Part shown: positions 36,623-53,193 of the stretch, in pieces
Numbering within the stretch: position 1 is the first letter of the stretch
How the letters are laid out: every line of letters begins with the position of its first letter
From: Eledone cirrhosa
Taxonomy: Eukaryota
NCBI GenBank assembly: GCA_964016885.1
Contig: OZ024740.1
Coordinates: forward strand, 317,502,001-317,566,000
Direction: 5' to 3'
Length of the DNA stretch: 64,000 nt
Translations under genes and position numbers: made by a program
Notes under the pieces: model-generated
Told to the model about the DNA's origin: nothing
The model's database searches: none
Seen by the model: only the letters and a program-made list of their open reading frames with translations

Positions 36623-38128
36623 AAGTGAGTCCTTCATCAGTGACCCTCCAACCGTCCTCGGCATTTCATCGCTTTAAGGGCCATATGCCTCAGGTTGGTG
36701 CGAACAACGGCTAAAAAAAGTCGTTGGGACACGTAAATAAAGGGGGACGCTAGAGTAACAACAAAAGGGTTTAAGCAACGGAAAGTGAGTAGAAATAGAC
36801 AAGTCCCAGATCTCTATGAATATAAACTCTGTGAAATTGTGAACAAGAGACGAAAGACCATCGAACCTGGTAGAAATGTGAGCAAGGAAAGAATTTCGCC
36901 CAAGTTTGACGGGGGGGAAAAGAGAGAGAGAGAGAGAGAAAGAAAAAGGAGAGAAGAGGAAGAAGAAGAAGAAGAGGATAAGGTGGTCTGGTCTACGAAT
37001 TCGGTAAACGCAAGTTTTGTGAAGTTGCAGACGAAAGAGAGAGAGAAAAAAATTCCATACCAGCTCGGTCAAGACTGCGCGAGAAAAGAATTACACACAG
37101 GTCAAACTTGAAGGAGGAGGAGGAAAGAGGAGGAGGAGAGGTAGTGACAGAGAATGAGTGAGTGAAAGTTGAGGAGAGGGTAACAAAGAGGGAGACTGCT
37201 AGAAGTGGTAAAGATACAAGGAACGAAACAGACTGGCAGCATGGAAAAGTAATATGTGTAAATATGATGATAATAATGGAGCTGCGGCGTTGCAAATGGG
37301 ATACATATGAAAAAGTGAGTCCTTCGTCAGTGACCCTCCAACCGTCCTCGGCATTTCATCGCTTTAAGGGCCATATGCCTCAGGTTGGTGCGAACAACGG
37401 CTAAAAAAAGTCGTTGGGACACGTAAATAAAGGGGGACGCTAGAGTAACAACAAAAGGGTTTAAGCAACGGAAAGTGAGTAGAAATAGACAAGTCCCAGA
37501 TCTCTATGAATATAAACTCTGTGAAATCGTGAACAAGAGACGAAAGACCATCGAACCTGGTAGAAATGTGAGCAAGGAAAGAATTTCGCCCAAGTTTGAC
37601 GGGGGGGAAAAAAGAGAGAGAGAGAGAAAGAAAAAAGAGAGAAGAGGAAGAAGAAGAAGAAGAAGAGGATAAGGTGGTCTGGTCTACGAATTCGGTAAAC
37701 GCAAGTTTTGTGAAGTCGCAGACGAAAGAGAGAGAGAAAAAAATTCCATACCAGCTCGGTCAAGACTGCGCGAGAAAAGAATTACACACAGGTCAAACTT
37801 GAAGGAGGAGGAGGAAAGAGGAGGAGGAGAGGTAGTGACAGAGAATGAGTGAGTGAAAGTTGAGGAGAGGGTAACAGAGAGGGAGACTGCTAGAAGTGGT
37901 AAAGATACAAGGAACGAAACAGACAGGCAGCATGGAAAAGTAATATGTGTAAATATGATGATAATAATGGAGCGCGGCGTTGCAAATGGGATACATATGA
38001 AAAAGTGAGTCCTTCATCAGTGACCCTCCAACCGTCCTCGGCATTTCATCGCTTTAAGGGCCATATGCCTCAGGTTGGTGCGAACAACGGCTAAAAAAAG
38101 TCGTTGGGACACGTAAATAAAGGGGGAT
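36618..38128. repeat. 690-bp tandem repeat, ~2.2 units
   Basis: aaaagtgagtcc recurs at 36621, 37311 and 38001 (period 690). Confidence 0.97.
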
Positions 38129-38229
38129 GCAAGAGATGTCAACATGAATGGACATATTGTTTTTATCTAAAGACATTTTTTCCAATTCCATCCCACCCGT
38201 CCCCTTAATCTATTTTATTTCTCATTCTT

Positions 38230-38265
38230 TCTTCTGATGAAGGACTAGCGTCCAAAACGTTAAGA
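38230..38265 (+). ncRNA. Degenerate minimal hammerhead ribozyme (Penelope type)
   Basis: CTGATGA a ggac-tagc-gtcc AAAAcgtta; the GAAA has become AAAA, so it is probably inactive. Confidence 0.5.
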
Positions 38266-38345
38266 CTCTCTTCCTGCTATATCAAGCGTTAACCTAATAT
38301 ATACCTTCCATGTACTATACCGATTGTGTTGTTACTTCTGTTTAC

Positions 38346-38562
<217 letters not shown>

Positions 38563-39055
38563 GTATATATATAAAATTGAAAAAGTGAAGAATAACATGG
38601 TCAACAGTACAAACAAGGAAATTTATTTACAGTCTCCGAATAAGCTGAAACATTTGTTCTCGATATGGTAAACTAACTCTTGTGGAACTACTTATATATA
38701 TACATATATATATCATAGATTGAGTTAGAAACTCAAAATAGTGTTTTACTATTAAATAGCTCAAAGAAGGCAATCTTTCCGAGCCGTGTAATATAATTGG
38801 ATATATGAGAGGGGAGAGGGATGAACATAGATATAAGTATACATGTGATTCAACACGGAATAACTTATATATATATATAGTTGTTATATAGTAAGTTGCA
38901 TTATTGGTTGTGTAACATGGTTCAATAAATTTATGTTAGCAATATTAAGTTCTCCACGCTTTTGTATATCTCCAATTCCATTCAAGGGAACAGCTAGATG
39001 ATGTAAAACGGAGTATAAGTATCAAAATGAAAATCCGAAGGCAAGGTAAAATTCC

Positions 39056-39150
39056 AATCATTTAATCACGACACATGTTTCAATAAGAGATAGATCGATT
39101 GTGAAGCCATGAATCGATTATCACTGATCTCATCAGATGAAAATAAATTG
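39056..39150 (-). ncRNA. Type I hammerhead ribozyme (left arm of the palindrome)
   Basis: Minus strand: tcat CTGATGA [long stem II] GAAA catgt GTC gtga. Confidence 0.65.
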
Positions 39151-39265
39151 TCTTCAAATTCTTGATATGAGGGAGAAAAAAATAACGATGTTCTCTCATA
39201 TGAAGGAATGAATTCTGTGAGAGAACATCGTTATTTTTTTCTCCCTCATATCAAGAATTTGAAGA

Positions 39266-39360
39266 CAATTCATTTTCACCTGATGAGATCAGTGATAATC
39301 GATCATGGCTTCACAATCGATCTATCTCTTATTGAAACATGTGTCGTGAGTAAATGATTG
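39266..39360 (+). ncRNA. Type I hammerhead ribozyme (right arm of the palindrome)
   Basis: Stem I tcattt-tcac / gtga-gt-aaatga; CTGATGA at 39280; long stem II with atcgat/atcgat and gata/tatc; GAAAcatgtGTC. Confidence 0.72.
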
Positions 39361-39586
39361 GAATTTTACCTTGCCTTCGGATTTTCATTTTGATATATAT
39401 ATATGTATATATATAAAGTTGTATTCCTGTCTGTTTGTTTGTTTGTTCACAAACTACTCCTATGATTTTGGAGATAGGCCCCCATAACCATATATATGTT
39501 GAAACTATATTGGCCAGGGTACTTGGATAAGTATATATCATTTTAATCAAAGGGTTCCCCGGGGAAACAAACCACCGCTGAAAATT

Positions 39587-40320
39587 TTTGTTATTTTTAT
39601 TGATTTATTACGTTAAATCGAGTCAGGAAAACTATATTGTTTTAAATTAGTATTTTTCAACCTAGCTAACTTGATCATTTGCAATTGGAACACATGTATA
39701 CTTGTATCGGTGTTCATCCCTCTCATCTATTCAATTGTATTACACGGCTCGGAAAGATTCCCTTCTTTGAGCTATTTAATTGTAAAAGACTATTTTGAGT
39801 TTCTAACTCAATCTATGATATTCTCGGCTCCGTATGTAGAGCTAACTTTAGTCTCATACAATCAGCTGCTATTTTTAGCGGCATGAGTATGAGACACGCT
39901 AGGCGCTGTAACATGTGCGTTTATACCCGCGCATCGTTCAGTCTTCTTAGATTCTTTGAAGTGAAAGGTACGAATTTTCCTGGATACCCGCAGAAGAACA
40001 CAGGAATTCTAGCTTTCATTTAATAATCCTTGCGAAACAGATTTACATCTGTCCTGGTATCAAAGGCTATTTGCCCGATATAAGTTTGTTATTTTTATTG
40101 ATTTATTACGTTAAATCGAGTCAGGCAAACCATATTGTTTTAAATTAGTATTTTTCAACCTAGCTAACTTGATCATTTGCAATTGGAACACATGTATACT
40201 TGTATCGGTGTTCATCCCTCTCATATACTCAATTGTATTACACATCTCGGAAAGATTCCCTTCTTTGAGCTATTTAATTGTAAAAGACTATTTTGAGTTT
40301 CTAACTCAATCTATGATATA
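39587..40320. repeat. ~235-bp direct repeat pair (39587-39820 and 40085-40320), with a partial inverted copy at ~38710-38850
   Basis: tttgttatttttattgatttattacgttaaatcgagtcagg...ctaactcaatctatgata occurs twice; reverse complement atcatagattgagttagaaactc at ~38712. Confidence 0.9.
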
Positions 40321-40335
40321 TATATGTATATATAT

Positions 40336-40473
40336 AAGTAGTTCCACAACAGTTAGTTTACCATTCCGAGAACAAATGTTTCACCTTATTTGGAACCTCA
40401 GTTCGGTCTGAGGTTCCGAAGAAGGTGAAACATTTGTCCTCGGTATGGTAAACTAACTGTTGTGGAACTACTT
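40336..40473. repeat. Fold-back palindrome (~66-bp arms, 6-nt loop)
   Basis: aagtagttccacaacagttagtttacca...ctcag ttcggt ctgag...tggtaaactaactgttgtggaactactt; relatives at ~38635-38693 and 40807-40876. Confidence 0.92.
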
Positions 40474-40607
40474 CTACTAAACTCGTCCCATGGACTGAGT
40501 GCTCTACTACTACGGATATAACTCATCAGTGTTCTACTATTATATATATATATATATATTATATATTATTTTAATAATGAAAACAATGTGGTAGACCACA
40601 TTGAAAT

Positions 40608-40739
<132 letters not shown>

Positions 40740-40968
40740 TAGATATTAATTTAAGAATGAAAACAATGTGGTAGAATTCATTGAATATATCTATATATAT
40801 ATATAGAAGTAGTAACAAAACAGTTAGTTCACCATACCGAGAACCGTTTTGTTACTAACTGTTTTGTTACTGCTTCTAACAAACTCGTCCCATGGACTGA
40901 GTGCTCTACATATATATATATATAGTGACAAACATAAGTCAATTGCATGAACTCATAATCCTTTATTT

Positions 40969-41024
40969 ACTGCTATATATATTTCGATGATAGCCATTGA
41001 ATGGCTATGACCTCATCAGGCAGT
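40969..41024 (-). ncRNA. Type I hammerhead ribozyme, canonical core
   Basis: Minus strand: actgc CTGATGA ggtcatagcca-ttcaa-tggctatcatc GAA atatatat A gcagt. Stem I is perfect, stem III is palindromic, and the triplet is AUA. Confidence 0.8.
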
Positions 41025-41259
41025 TAGTCAGTTCTTAGATATGCCAACTCTGTGTGTATAGTGTTGATGGTATCAGAGCCTTGGGACATATGAGCTTGTT
41101 AGGAATACTTTGATGTTGTCAGCAGGAATAGTCTTGATTCTCATTGGTCAGTTTGTAGATGGTAGTAGGTTGGTATTTGACCTACTACCATCTACAATAT
41201 ATGTATATATATATATACATACATATATATATATATACATACATACATATATATGTATG

Positions 41260-41321
<62 letters not shown>

Positions 41322-41584
41322 CATACATATATACGTGCGTGTGTGTGTCTTTGTGTGTGTATTTGAAATATTGAGTTGTCAACGAACTGATATGGTCTTT
41401 CGTTTCATTTTTTCTGCTAGAATTAGTTACCGTATAGTCTCGTGTAAAAGTCGACTCTAGTTCTTCAAGGACAACCGATCAACATTTGTGAAACAACGTA
41501 TTTTTGTTCTGAACATAAGTGTTAGGATGGTTTAATGTACGCTAGTGTATTTATTTATAAGAACGACGTTTACTTTATATAATG

Positions 41585-41800
41585 ATTTCTACTTTAGGCA
41601 CAAGACCAACAATTTAGTGGAAGGGAAAGTCGATTAAATCGACTCTAGTGCGTTACTGGTATTTTATTTTATCTACCCCGTAAGGATGAAAGGCAAAGCT
41701 AACCTTGGCGGGATTTGATCTCAGAACGTAAAGGGCTATAACTCTATGTCGTGAAGCAGGTTGTTCGATGCTCTACCGATACTGCCAATACATCTCCCTT
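41585..41800 (-). mobile_element. tRNA-derived SINE (long 3' variant)
   Basis: Family motif including the gggaaagtcgattaaatcgac segment. Confidence 0.85.
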
Positions 41801-41965
41801 ACTTTTTATAATGTACTTTGGTAGTACGAAGTGTGTTTTGATGTGTAGAAATATCAGTCTCATTCACTTTTGTCTATTTAGAATCCAATTGAGTTTTTGT
41901 TTAATAATACGGTAATTTAGTTTGTGACGTGAATTTCAGACCCTGGAAAGTAGTATCCATGTAAT

Positions 41966-42170
41966 AGTCTTCGTCTTCATTCACCCTATCCTGGGAGGGT
42001 CGTAGGGGAAGAGTCCTCAAACAGTTCTTCCAGCGGGTCCTGTCAGAAGCAGCCGTCTTCAACTGATCCAACTGAATCCTCAAGCTTGACCAGCCAAGCA
42101 CTTGGATGTTGTCCAACCATCTTGCTTGGGGTCTACCCCTGGGGCTCCTTGCCGGTTGGGTTTTGCCCGT
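41966..42170 (-). mobile_element. RTE-like LINE 3' end
   Basis: RSPRGRPQARWLDNIQVLGWSSLRIQLDQLKTAASDRTRWK (RGRP..RW.D.....A.DR..W pattern). Confidence 0.75.
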
Positions 42171-42849
42171 AAAATCTGTCCGAGTTCCATGTAATACTCG
42201 ACTTAATAAATTTAATATTAAACAATTTTTCAAAATTTCATTTTTTTCAAATCGACTTTTACATGAGTATATAAGGTAGACATCAACAGATGTCCCCAAA
42301 TGTGAACAGACGTCGAGGAACGACACCAGATTCCACACCACCAGTAATATTATCAGTTTAAACGAAAGGCCATTAACACTACCAGCTTAGTTTGTCACCA
42401 GATGTCACCACGCAGCAACATTATCAGTTAGAGGTCACTAATATTGCCAGCTTACTAAGATGTCACTAGATGTCACCAGCAACATTATCAGATCAACTTC
42501 AGATGTCACCATTAAACTACCAGTAAATTTCCTGTCACATGACCTTGCAGTAATCTGATAATATGTCTCAGTGCATTTAAAAACTATCCGCAAGCAATGG
42601 CCTGATTCCGCTGCGCATTCCACCACCACCTCTGCCTTATTATAGAAAGATAGTTTTGCTGATATAAAAACCCTCTTTACATTTAAAAAATGCATACACA
42701 TACGTAAATACGTATGCACATTACATATGTATGTATGGATGTATGTATGTATGTATGTATGTATGTATGTATGTATGTATGTATGTATGTATGTATATAT
42801 CTGTGTGCGTCTATGTATATATAGATGTGTGTATATATATATATGTATG

Positions 42850-42880
<31 letters not shown>

Positions 42881-42898
42881 GCATATACATATATATAC

Positions 42899-43047
<149 letters not shown>

Positions 43048-43211
43048 TATGTATATATATGGCCGCTATATCACTTCCTTCCGGTGTACTATTGTTTAGA
43101 CTTAATTTAGTTTCACCAACTTCACTATGTTTTTTTTTCATGTATTTCTGTTTTCTTTCTGTTTGGTGCTGCACAGCCCACTTTCGGGTTCCCCCCTCTC
43201 ACTCTCCCTTA

Positions 43212-43298
<87 letters not shown>

Positions 43299-43617
43299 CT
43301 ACCCTTCCTTTCTCTCTCTAATATTTAAATGTTTTATACATAAATATATATTATATATCTATATATATATATATATATATATAATGGGTATAAATATATA
43401 TATATATATATATATATAATGTATATATACTGCAGTAAAAGTTAAGTGGAAATATTGAAGAGTAAGAGCACTCAGTCCATAGGACGAGTTTAGGACAGGC
43501 TGAATAAATTGGAGCCTAGAACCCAACGAAACTTGAGTACCTGTTTATGTCACCGTTGTAATTATTTATAATGTATATATATATATATATATATATATAC
43601 ATACACATATGTATGTG

Positions 43618-44400
43618 CTAACACGAAGACAGTACAACATAGCTACACCGGACCAGGAGGGATCGAAATCCCCGTGTCGAAATCGATACGAGACCTGGGG
43701 ATAGACATGAGCGACGATGCATCTTTTTCTTCATACATCATGAGGGTAGCGACATTGTGCAGACGACTCGCTGGCTGAATCTTGAGGACTTTCTGGACAA
43801 GAGACCGAGAGACCATGTTGGTACTATGGAGGACATTTGTCTTAAGCCGACTGGACTATTGTCCCAACTGTGGTCATCACATAGTATTAAACTAACCACG
43901 GAGCTTGAGGCAACCCATGAAGCTACACCAAGAGGATTGCCACGATGAAGGAGATGAGCTACTAGGAGAGGCTAAAAGAAACGAACCTCTACTCCTTGGA
44001 ACGAAGACAGGAGAGATACGCAGTGATATACATATGGAAAATCCTGGAGGGACTAGCACCAAACTTTGGCATTGAGATCTGGACCAACTCCCGAACAGGA
44101 CGTCACTGTGTGGTGCCAAAGGCCCCGCCTTTTACATCTAGAATAAGGAACAGATATCGCAATAGCCAGGGGTTCAAAGGCCTTTAATTCTTCAACAAGC
44201 TGCCAAGAAATTTGAGAGATCTGCATGGTGTGGCCGTGGATGCTTTCAAGAAAAGAAACATTTTGACACCTGCTATCCAGCACGGTACGAAGGTAACTTA
44301 AGGGCAGTAGCAACGAACTCCCTCTTACACCAATGGCCAGCCAACACAGGCTGGAGATAGAACGTGTAGCAACAAGGGCGATGACCCAGCATGGCCTCAG
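43618..44400 (+). mobile_element. CR1-like LINE 3' fragment (RT thumb and C-terminus)
   Basis: IRDLGIDMSDDASF; ILRTF..RD; FVLSRLDYCPQLWS; SY*ERLK; LERRQERYAVIYIWKILEG. Confidence 0.8.
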
Positions 44401-44442
44401 CTGGAGGCTGGAACAGGTAAAAGAGTAAAAGAGTAAAAGAGT

Positions 44443-44444
<2 letters not shown>

Positions 44445-44530
<86 letters not shown>

Positions 44531-44626
44531 ATATAACGAAGGAATTGTGGTAAGGAATCAGACGCACCAAAGTACTCAATACTTAGTGTAAACGGCTTGA
44601 GCTCTGCCGTCGGGGTCATACCTTTT

Positions 44627-44682
<56 letters not shown>

Positions 44683-44946
44683 TATATATATACATACATA
44701 TATATATAATGTATATATATATATTGTATATATATATATATATAATATATATATATATATGTACATATGCATATATATATATATATATATAATATATATA
44801 TGTACATATGTATATATATAAATATATATATATACATACATATATATATAATGTATATATATATATTGTATATATATATATATATAATATATATGTACAT
44901 ATTCATATATATATATATATATATAATATATATATGTACATATGTA

Positions 44947-45037
<91 letters not shown>

Positions 45038-45050
45038 GTACATGTATATA
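44445..45050. repeat. (TA)n microsatellite field
   Basis: Directly visible. Confidence 0.95.
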
Positions 45051-45374
45051 AGCTTTTATAGTCACACAGATTAAGACCATATACCGTACTATGGCTATGT
45101 GAACGTCTGTGTATATACGCGTTTTAGATTTATCACGCTTTCCTCCCACATATCCGGCTCTCTAAGTAACAGTTTTCCTCTGACGCCTTCCCACGCAACT
45201 CTCATCTAGTTTTCTTCTCTCCCTTACACCCTAACTAGTTGGTTTTCCTCTTCCCATAAACCATCTGGTTGAATAATTTTTGGTGATCTCATTTTAAAGT
45301 GTTCGCCTTGTACACCCACTGAATATATTAATTTCGTCGATGTATGTACAGATCTGAACACATTTAGAAAAATG

Positions 45375-47062
<1,688 letters not shown>

Positions 47063-47199
47063 GTATGTTACAGTCAGAATAAAGCCATATTGCAACAATA
47101 GAGAAAAAAAATGTGCCAAATGAAAATGTTAGAAAATTACATATGTCGTCTGTAGAGATGAGTTAAATGGTACAGGTTTCTCTAGAACATGGAAATGTC

Positions 47200-47683
47200 A
47201 GAGGGTGGGGTAGGGAGGTGGATGGGGAGGAGAGGGAGGGGGGAGGAGGGGGCAAATGAAAGAAAGAGAGAGAGGGTGAAGAGGATAAAAGGAGGGAAAG
47301 AGAAAGAGAAAGAGAAAGAGAGAGAGTGGTTGAGGAAGGGGAAAGAAAAACAGAAGGGGAAAAAGAAAAGAGAAAGAGAGAGTGAGAGAGAGGAACGGTG
47401 GAGGAGGGAGGAGAGAGGGTGAAGAGGAGAAAGAAAGAGACAGAGTTGAGGAAGGGGAAAAAGAAAAGAGAGAGAGAGGAGGGAAGAGAGAGAGAGATAG
47501 GGAATGAGAGAAGGGAGAAGAAAGAGTGAAGGGAAGAGAGAAAGAAAGAGAGAGAGAGAGACAGAGAGAGAGAGAGACAGACAGAGAGAGAGAGGAGTAC
47601 GAAAGAGAAAGAGAGAGGGGGAAGAGAGAGAGAGAGAGAGATAGGGAATGTGGGGAAAGAAAGAGAGAACGGAATAGAGAAAT

Positions 47684-47724
<41 letters not shown>

Positions 47725-47763
47725 TGGGAAAGAGAGACAGAGAGAGATAGAGGGAAAAGAGAG

Positions 47764-47827
<64 letters not shown>

Positions 47828-47900
47828 GATACAAAGAGTGAGAAAGGGAGTGTGTCTGTGTGTGGGAGAGAGAAATAGAATGAAAGTGAGAGAGAGAGAG
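47200..47900. repeat. GA-rich polypurine tract
   Basis: Directly visible. Confidence 0.92.
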
Positions 47901-48039
47901 CTATGTTTTAAAGGCCCGTTTTTTTTCCTCAATGGTTTCAAGTATTGATGTTCATGAAGAATTCAATTTCTTGAAACCAAATAGCAGAGACATATTTCAT
48001 CGGCCATATCATTCAGCTGAGCTATGGCAGTTTATCAAA

Positions 48040-50897
48040 ACTGTCAACACTAACAACATCACTGACAACACTAACAACACCATCACCACCACCACCAACA
48101 ATGACAACAGTAACAACACCACCACCACCAACAACACCACCTACAGCAACAACACAACCACCACCAACAGCACCACCTACAACAACCACTACCACCAACA
48201 ACACCACCTACGACAACAACACCAACACCACCACCAACACCACATACAACAACCACCACCACCAACAACACCACCTACAACAACAACACCAACACCACCA
48301 CCAACACCACATACAACAACCACCACCACCAACAACACCACCTACAACAACAACACCAACACCACCACCACCAACAACTCCACCTACAACAACACCACCA
48401 CCAACAACACCACCTACAACAACAACACCAACACCACCACCAACAACAACACCAGCTACAACAACACCACCACCACCACCACCAACAATGACAACAGTAA
48501 CAACACCACAACCAACAACACCACCCACAACAACAACACCAACACCACCACCAACACCACCTACAACAACCACCACCACCAACAACACCACCTACAACAA
48601 CAACACCAACACCACCACCACAAACGACACCAACTAAAACAACACCACGACCACCACCACCAACAATGACAACAGTAACAACACCACCACCAACAACACC
48701 ACCTACAACAACAACACCAACACCACCAACGATACCACCTACAACACACACACCAACACCAGCAACAACACCAACAACACCAACACCAACACCAACACCA
48801 ACAACAACACCAACGCCACCACCACCAACACCACCACCTACAACAACAACACCGACACCACCACCTACAACAAGCACCACCACCAACAACACCACCAACA
48901 AACAACAACACCTACAACAACAACACCAACACCACTACCACCACCAACAACAACAATGGCAACAACAACACCACCACCAACAACAATGACAACAGCACCA
49001 CTACCACCAACAACAACAACAATGACAACAACAACACCACCAACAACAACACCTAGAACAACAACAGCAACACCACTACCACCAACACCAACAACAATGA
49101 CAACAGCACCACCACCAACAACAACAAAAATGACAACAGCACCACCACAACCAACAACAACAATGACAACAACAGCACCAACACCACCAAGAACAACAAC
49201 AATGACAACAGCACCACCAACACCAACACCTACAACAACGACAACGATGACAACAGCACCAACAACAACAATGACAACAGCAACACCAGCACCACCAACA
49301 ACAACAATGACAACAGCACCACCACCAACAACAACAACAATGACAACAGCACCACCACCAACACCAACAACAACAATGACAACAGCACCAACAACAACAA
49401 CAGCACCAACAACAACAATGATAGCACCACCAACACCACGACCAACAACAACAATGACAACAGCACCACCACCACCACCAACAACAACAATGACACCAGC
49501 ACCACCACCACCACCACCAACAACAATGACAACACCACCACCACCAACAACAACAATAACAACAGCAACACCACCACCACCACCAACAACAATGACAACA
49601 GCAACACCACCACCACCAACAACAATGACAACAGCACCAACACCACCACCAACAACAATTACAACAGAACCAACACCAACACCACCATCAACAACAATGA
49701 CAACACCACCACCATCAACAACAACAACAATGACAACAGCAAAACCACCATCAACAACAACAACAATGACAGCACCACCAACACCACCAACAACAACAAT
49801 GACAACAGCACCAACACAACAACCAAAAACAATGACAACAGCACCACCACCAACACCAACAACAACAATGACAACAGCACCACCACCAACAACAACAACA
49901 ATGACAACAGCACCACCACCATCAACAACAATGACAAAAGAACCACCACCACCAACAACAACAATGACAAAAGCACCACCACCACCAACAACAACAACAA
50001 GAACAACAACAATGACAACAACAACACCACCACCGACAACAATGACAAAAGCACCACCACCACCACCACCAACAAGAAGAACAACAATAATGACAACAAC
50101 AACACCACCACCAACAACAATGACAACAGCACCACCACCACCACCACCAACAACAACAATGACAACAACAACACCACCACCAACAACAATGACAACAGCC
50201 CCACCACCACCACCAACAACAACAATGACAACAGCACCCCCACCACCAACAACAATGACAACAGCACCACCACCACCAACAACAACAATGACAACAGCAC
50301 CACCACCACCAACAATGACAATAGCACCACCAACACCAACAACAACAACAATGACAACAACACCACCACCACCAACAACAACAACAACAACAATAACAAC
50401 AGCACCACCACCACCACCAACAACAACAACAATGACAACAGCACCACAACCAACAACAACAATGACAACAGCACCAACACCAACAACAACAACAATGACA
50501 ACAGCACCACCACCACCACCAACAACAACAATGACAACAGCACCACCACCACCAACAACAACAACAATGACAACAGCACCACCACCAACAACAACAACAA
50601 TGACAACAGCACCACCACCAACAACAACAACAATGACAACAGCACCACCACCACCAACAACAACAACAATGACAACACCACCACCACCAACAACAACAAC
50701 AATGACAACAGCACCACCACCACCACCAACAACAACAATGACAACAGCGCCAACACCACCAACACCACCACCAACAACAGCAACAATTACAACAGCACCA
50801 CCACCACCACCAACAACAACAATGACAACAGCACCACCACCACCACCAACAACAACAATGACAACAGCACCACCAACACCAACAACAATGACAACAG

Positions 50898-50928
<31 letters not shown>

Positions 50929-50936
50929 GACAACAG

Positions 50937-50967
<31 letters not shown>

Positions 50968-51665
50968 GACAACAGCACCACCACCACCACCAACAACAAC
51001 AATGACAACAGCGCCAACACCACCAACAACAACAATGACAACAGCACCACCAACACCACCAACAACAACAATGACAACAGCACCACCACCACCAACAACA
51101 ACAATGACAACAGCGCCAACACCACCAACAACAACAATGACAACAGCACCACCAACACCACCAACAACAACAATGACAACAGCACCACCACCACCACCAC
51201 CAACAACAATGACAACAACAATGACAACAGCGCCAACACCACCAACAACAACAATGACAACAGCACCACCACCACCAACAACAACAATGACAACAGCGCC
51301 AACACCACCAACAACAACAATGACAACAGCACCACCACCACCACCACCAACAACAATGACAACAACAATGACAACAGCGCCAACACCACCAACAACAACA
51401 ATGACAACAGCACCACCAACACCACCAACAACAACAATGACAACAGCACCACCACCACCAACAACAACAATGACAACAGCGCCAACACCACCAACAACAA
51501 CAATGACAACAGCACCACCAACACCACCAACAACAACAATGACAACAGCACCACCACCACCACCACCAACAACAATGACAACAACAATGACAACAGCGCC
51601 AACACCACCAACAACAACAATGACAACAGCACCACCACCACCAACAACAACAACAATGACAACAG

Positions 51666-51696
<31 letters not shown>

Positions 51697-52388
51697 GACA
51701 ACAGCACCACCACCACCACCAACAACAACAATGACAACAGCACCACCACCACCAACAACAACAACAATGACAACAGCGCCAACACCACCAACAACAACAA
51801 TGACAACAGCACCACCAACACCACCAACAACAACAATGACAACAGCACCACCACCACCACCAACAACAACAATGACAACAGCACCACCAACAACAATGAC
51901 AACAACAATGACAACAGCGCCAACACCACCAACAACAACAATGACAACAGCACCAACACCACCACCACCAACAACAATGACAACACCACCAACACCAACA
52001 CCAACAACAATGACAACGGCACCACCACCACCACCAACAACAACAACAATGACAACAGCACCACCACCACCACCAACAACAACAACAATGACAACACCAC
52101 CACCACCACCAACAACAATGACAACAGCACCACCACCACCACCAACAACAGCAATGACAACAGCACCACCAACACCACCAACAACAACAATGACAACAGC
52201 ACCAACACCACCACCACCAACAACAACAATGACAACAGCACCACCACCACCACCAACAACAGCAATGACAACAGCACCACCAACACCACCAACAACAACA
52301 ATGACAACAGCACCACCACCACCACCAACAACAACAACAATGACAACAGCACCACCAACACCACCAACACCAAGAACAATGACAACAG

Positions 52389-52419
<31 letters not shown>

Positions 52420-52496
52420 GACAACACCACCACCAACACCAACAACAATGACAACAGCACCACCAACACCACCAACACCAACAACAATGACAACAG

Positions 52497-52527
<31 letters not shown>

Positions 52528-52739
52528 GACAACACCACCAACACCACCAACAACAACAATGACAACAGCACCAACACCACCAACAACAACAACAACAATG
52601 ACAACACCACCACCACCAACAACAACAACAATGACAACAGCACCACCACCACCAACAACAACAATGATAACACCACCACCACCAACAACAACAACAATGA
52701 CAACAGCACCACCACCTCCAACAACAACAATGACAACAG

Positions 52740-52770
<31 letters not shown>

Positions 52771-52847
52771 GACAACACCACCACCAACACCAACAACAAT
52801 GACAACAGCACCACCAACACCACCAACACCAACAACAATGACAACAG

Positions 52848-52878
<31 letters not shown>

Positions 52879-53162
52879 GACAACAGCACCACCACCACCA
52901 ACAACAACAATGATAACACCACCACCACCAACAACAACAACAATGACAACAGCACCACCACCTCCAACAACAACAATGACAACAGCACCACCACCACCAA
53001 CAACAACAAAAATGCCAACACCACCACCACCTCCAACAACAACAATGACAACAGCACCACCACCACCAACAACAACAACAATGCCAACACCACCACCACC
53101 TCCAACAACAACAATGACAACACCACCACCACCACCACCAACAACAACAACAATGACAACAG

Positions 53163-53193
<31 letters not shown>

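Larger units (their letters stand above)
39020..39395. repeat. Near-perfect fold-back palindrome (~180-bp arms)
   Basis: tatcaaaatgaaaatccgaaggcaagg... mirrored by ...ccttgccttcggattttcattttgata; short central loop tgaaggaatgaattc. Confidence 0.97.
41430..42276. mobile_element. TA-flanked TIR element (Tc1/pogo-like MITE) with nested SINE and RTE fragment
   Basis: ta|ccgtatagtctcgtgtaaaagtcga ... tcgacttttacatgagtatataagg|ta. Confidence 0.6.

Noticed and set aside
39405-40015. Non-autonomous Helitron (tatataaagttgta...gtctgtttg start, ...aattctag end)
   Set aside because: The 5' end is suggestive, but the 3' hairpin is unconvincing and the interval overlaps a direct-repeat pair.
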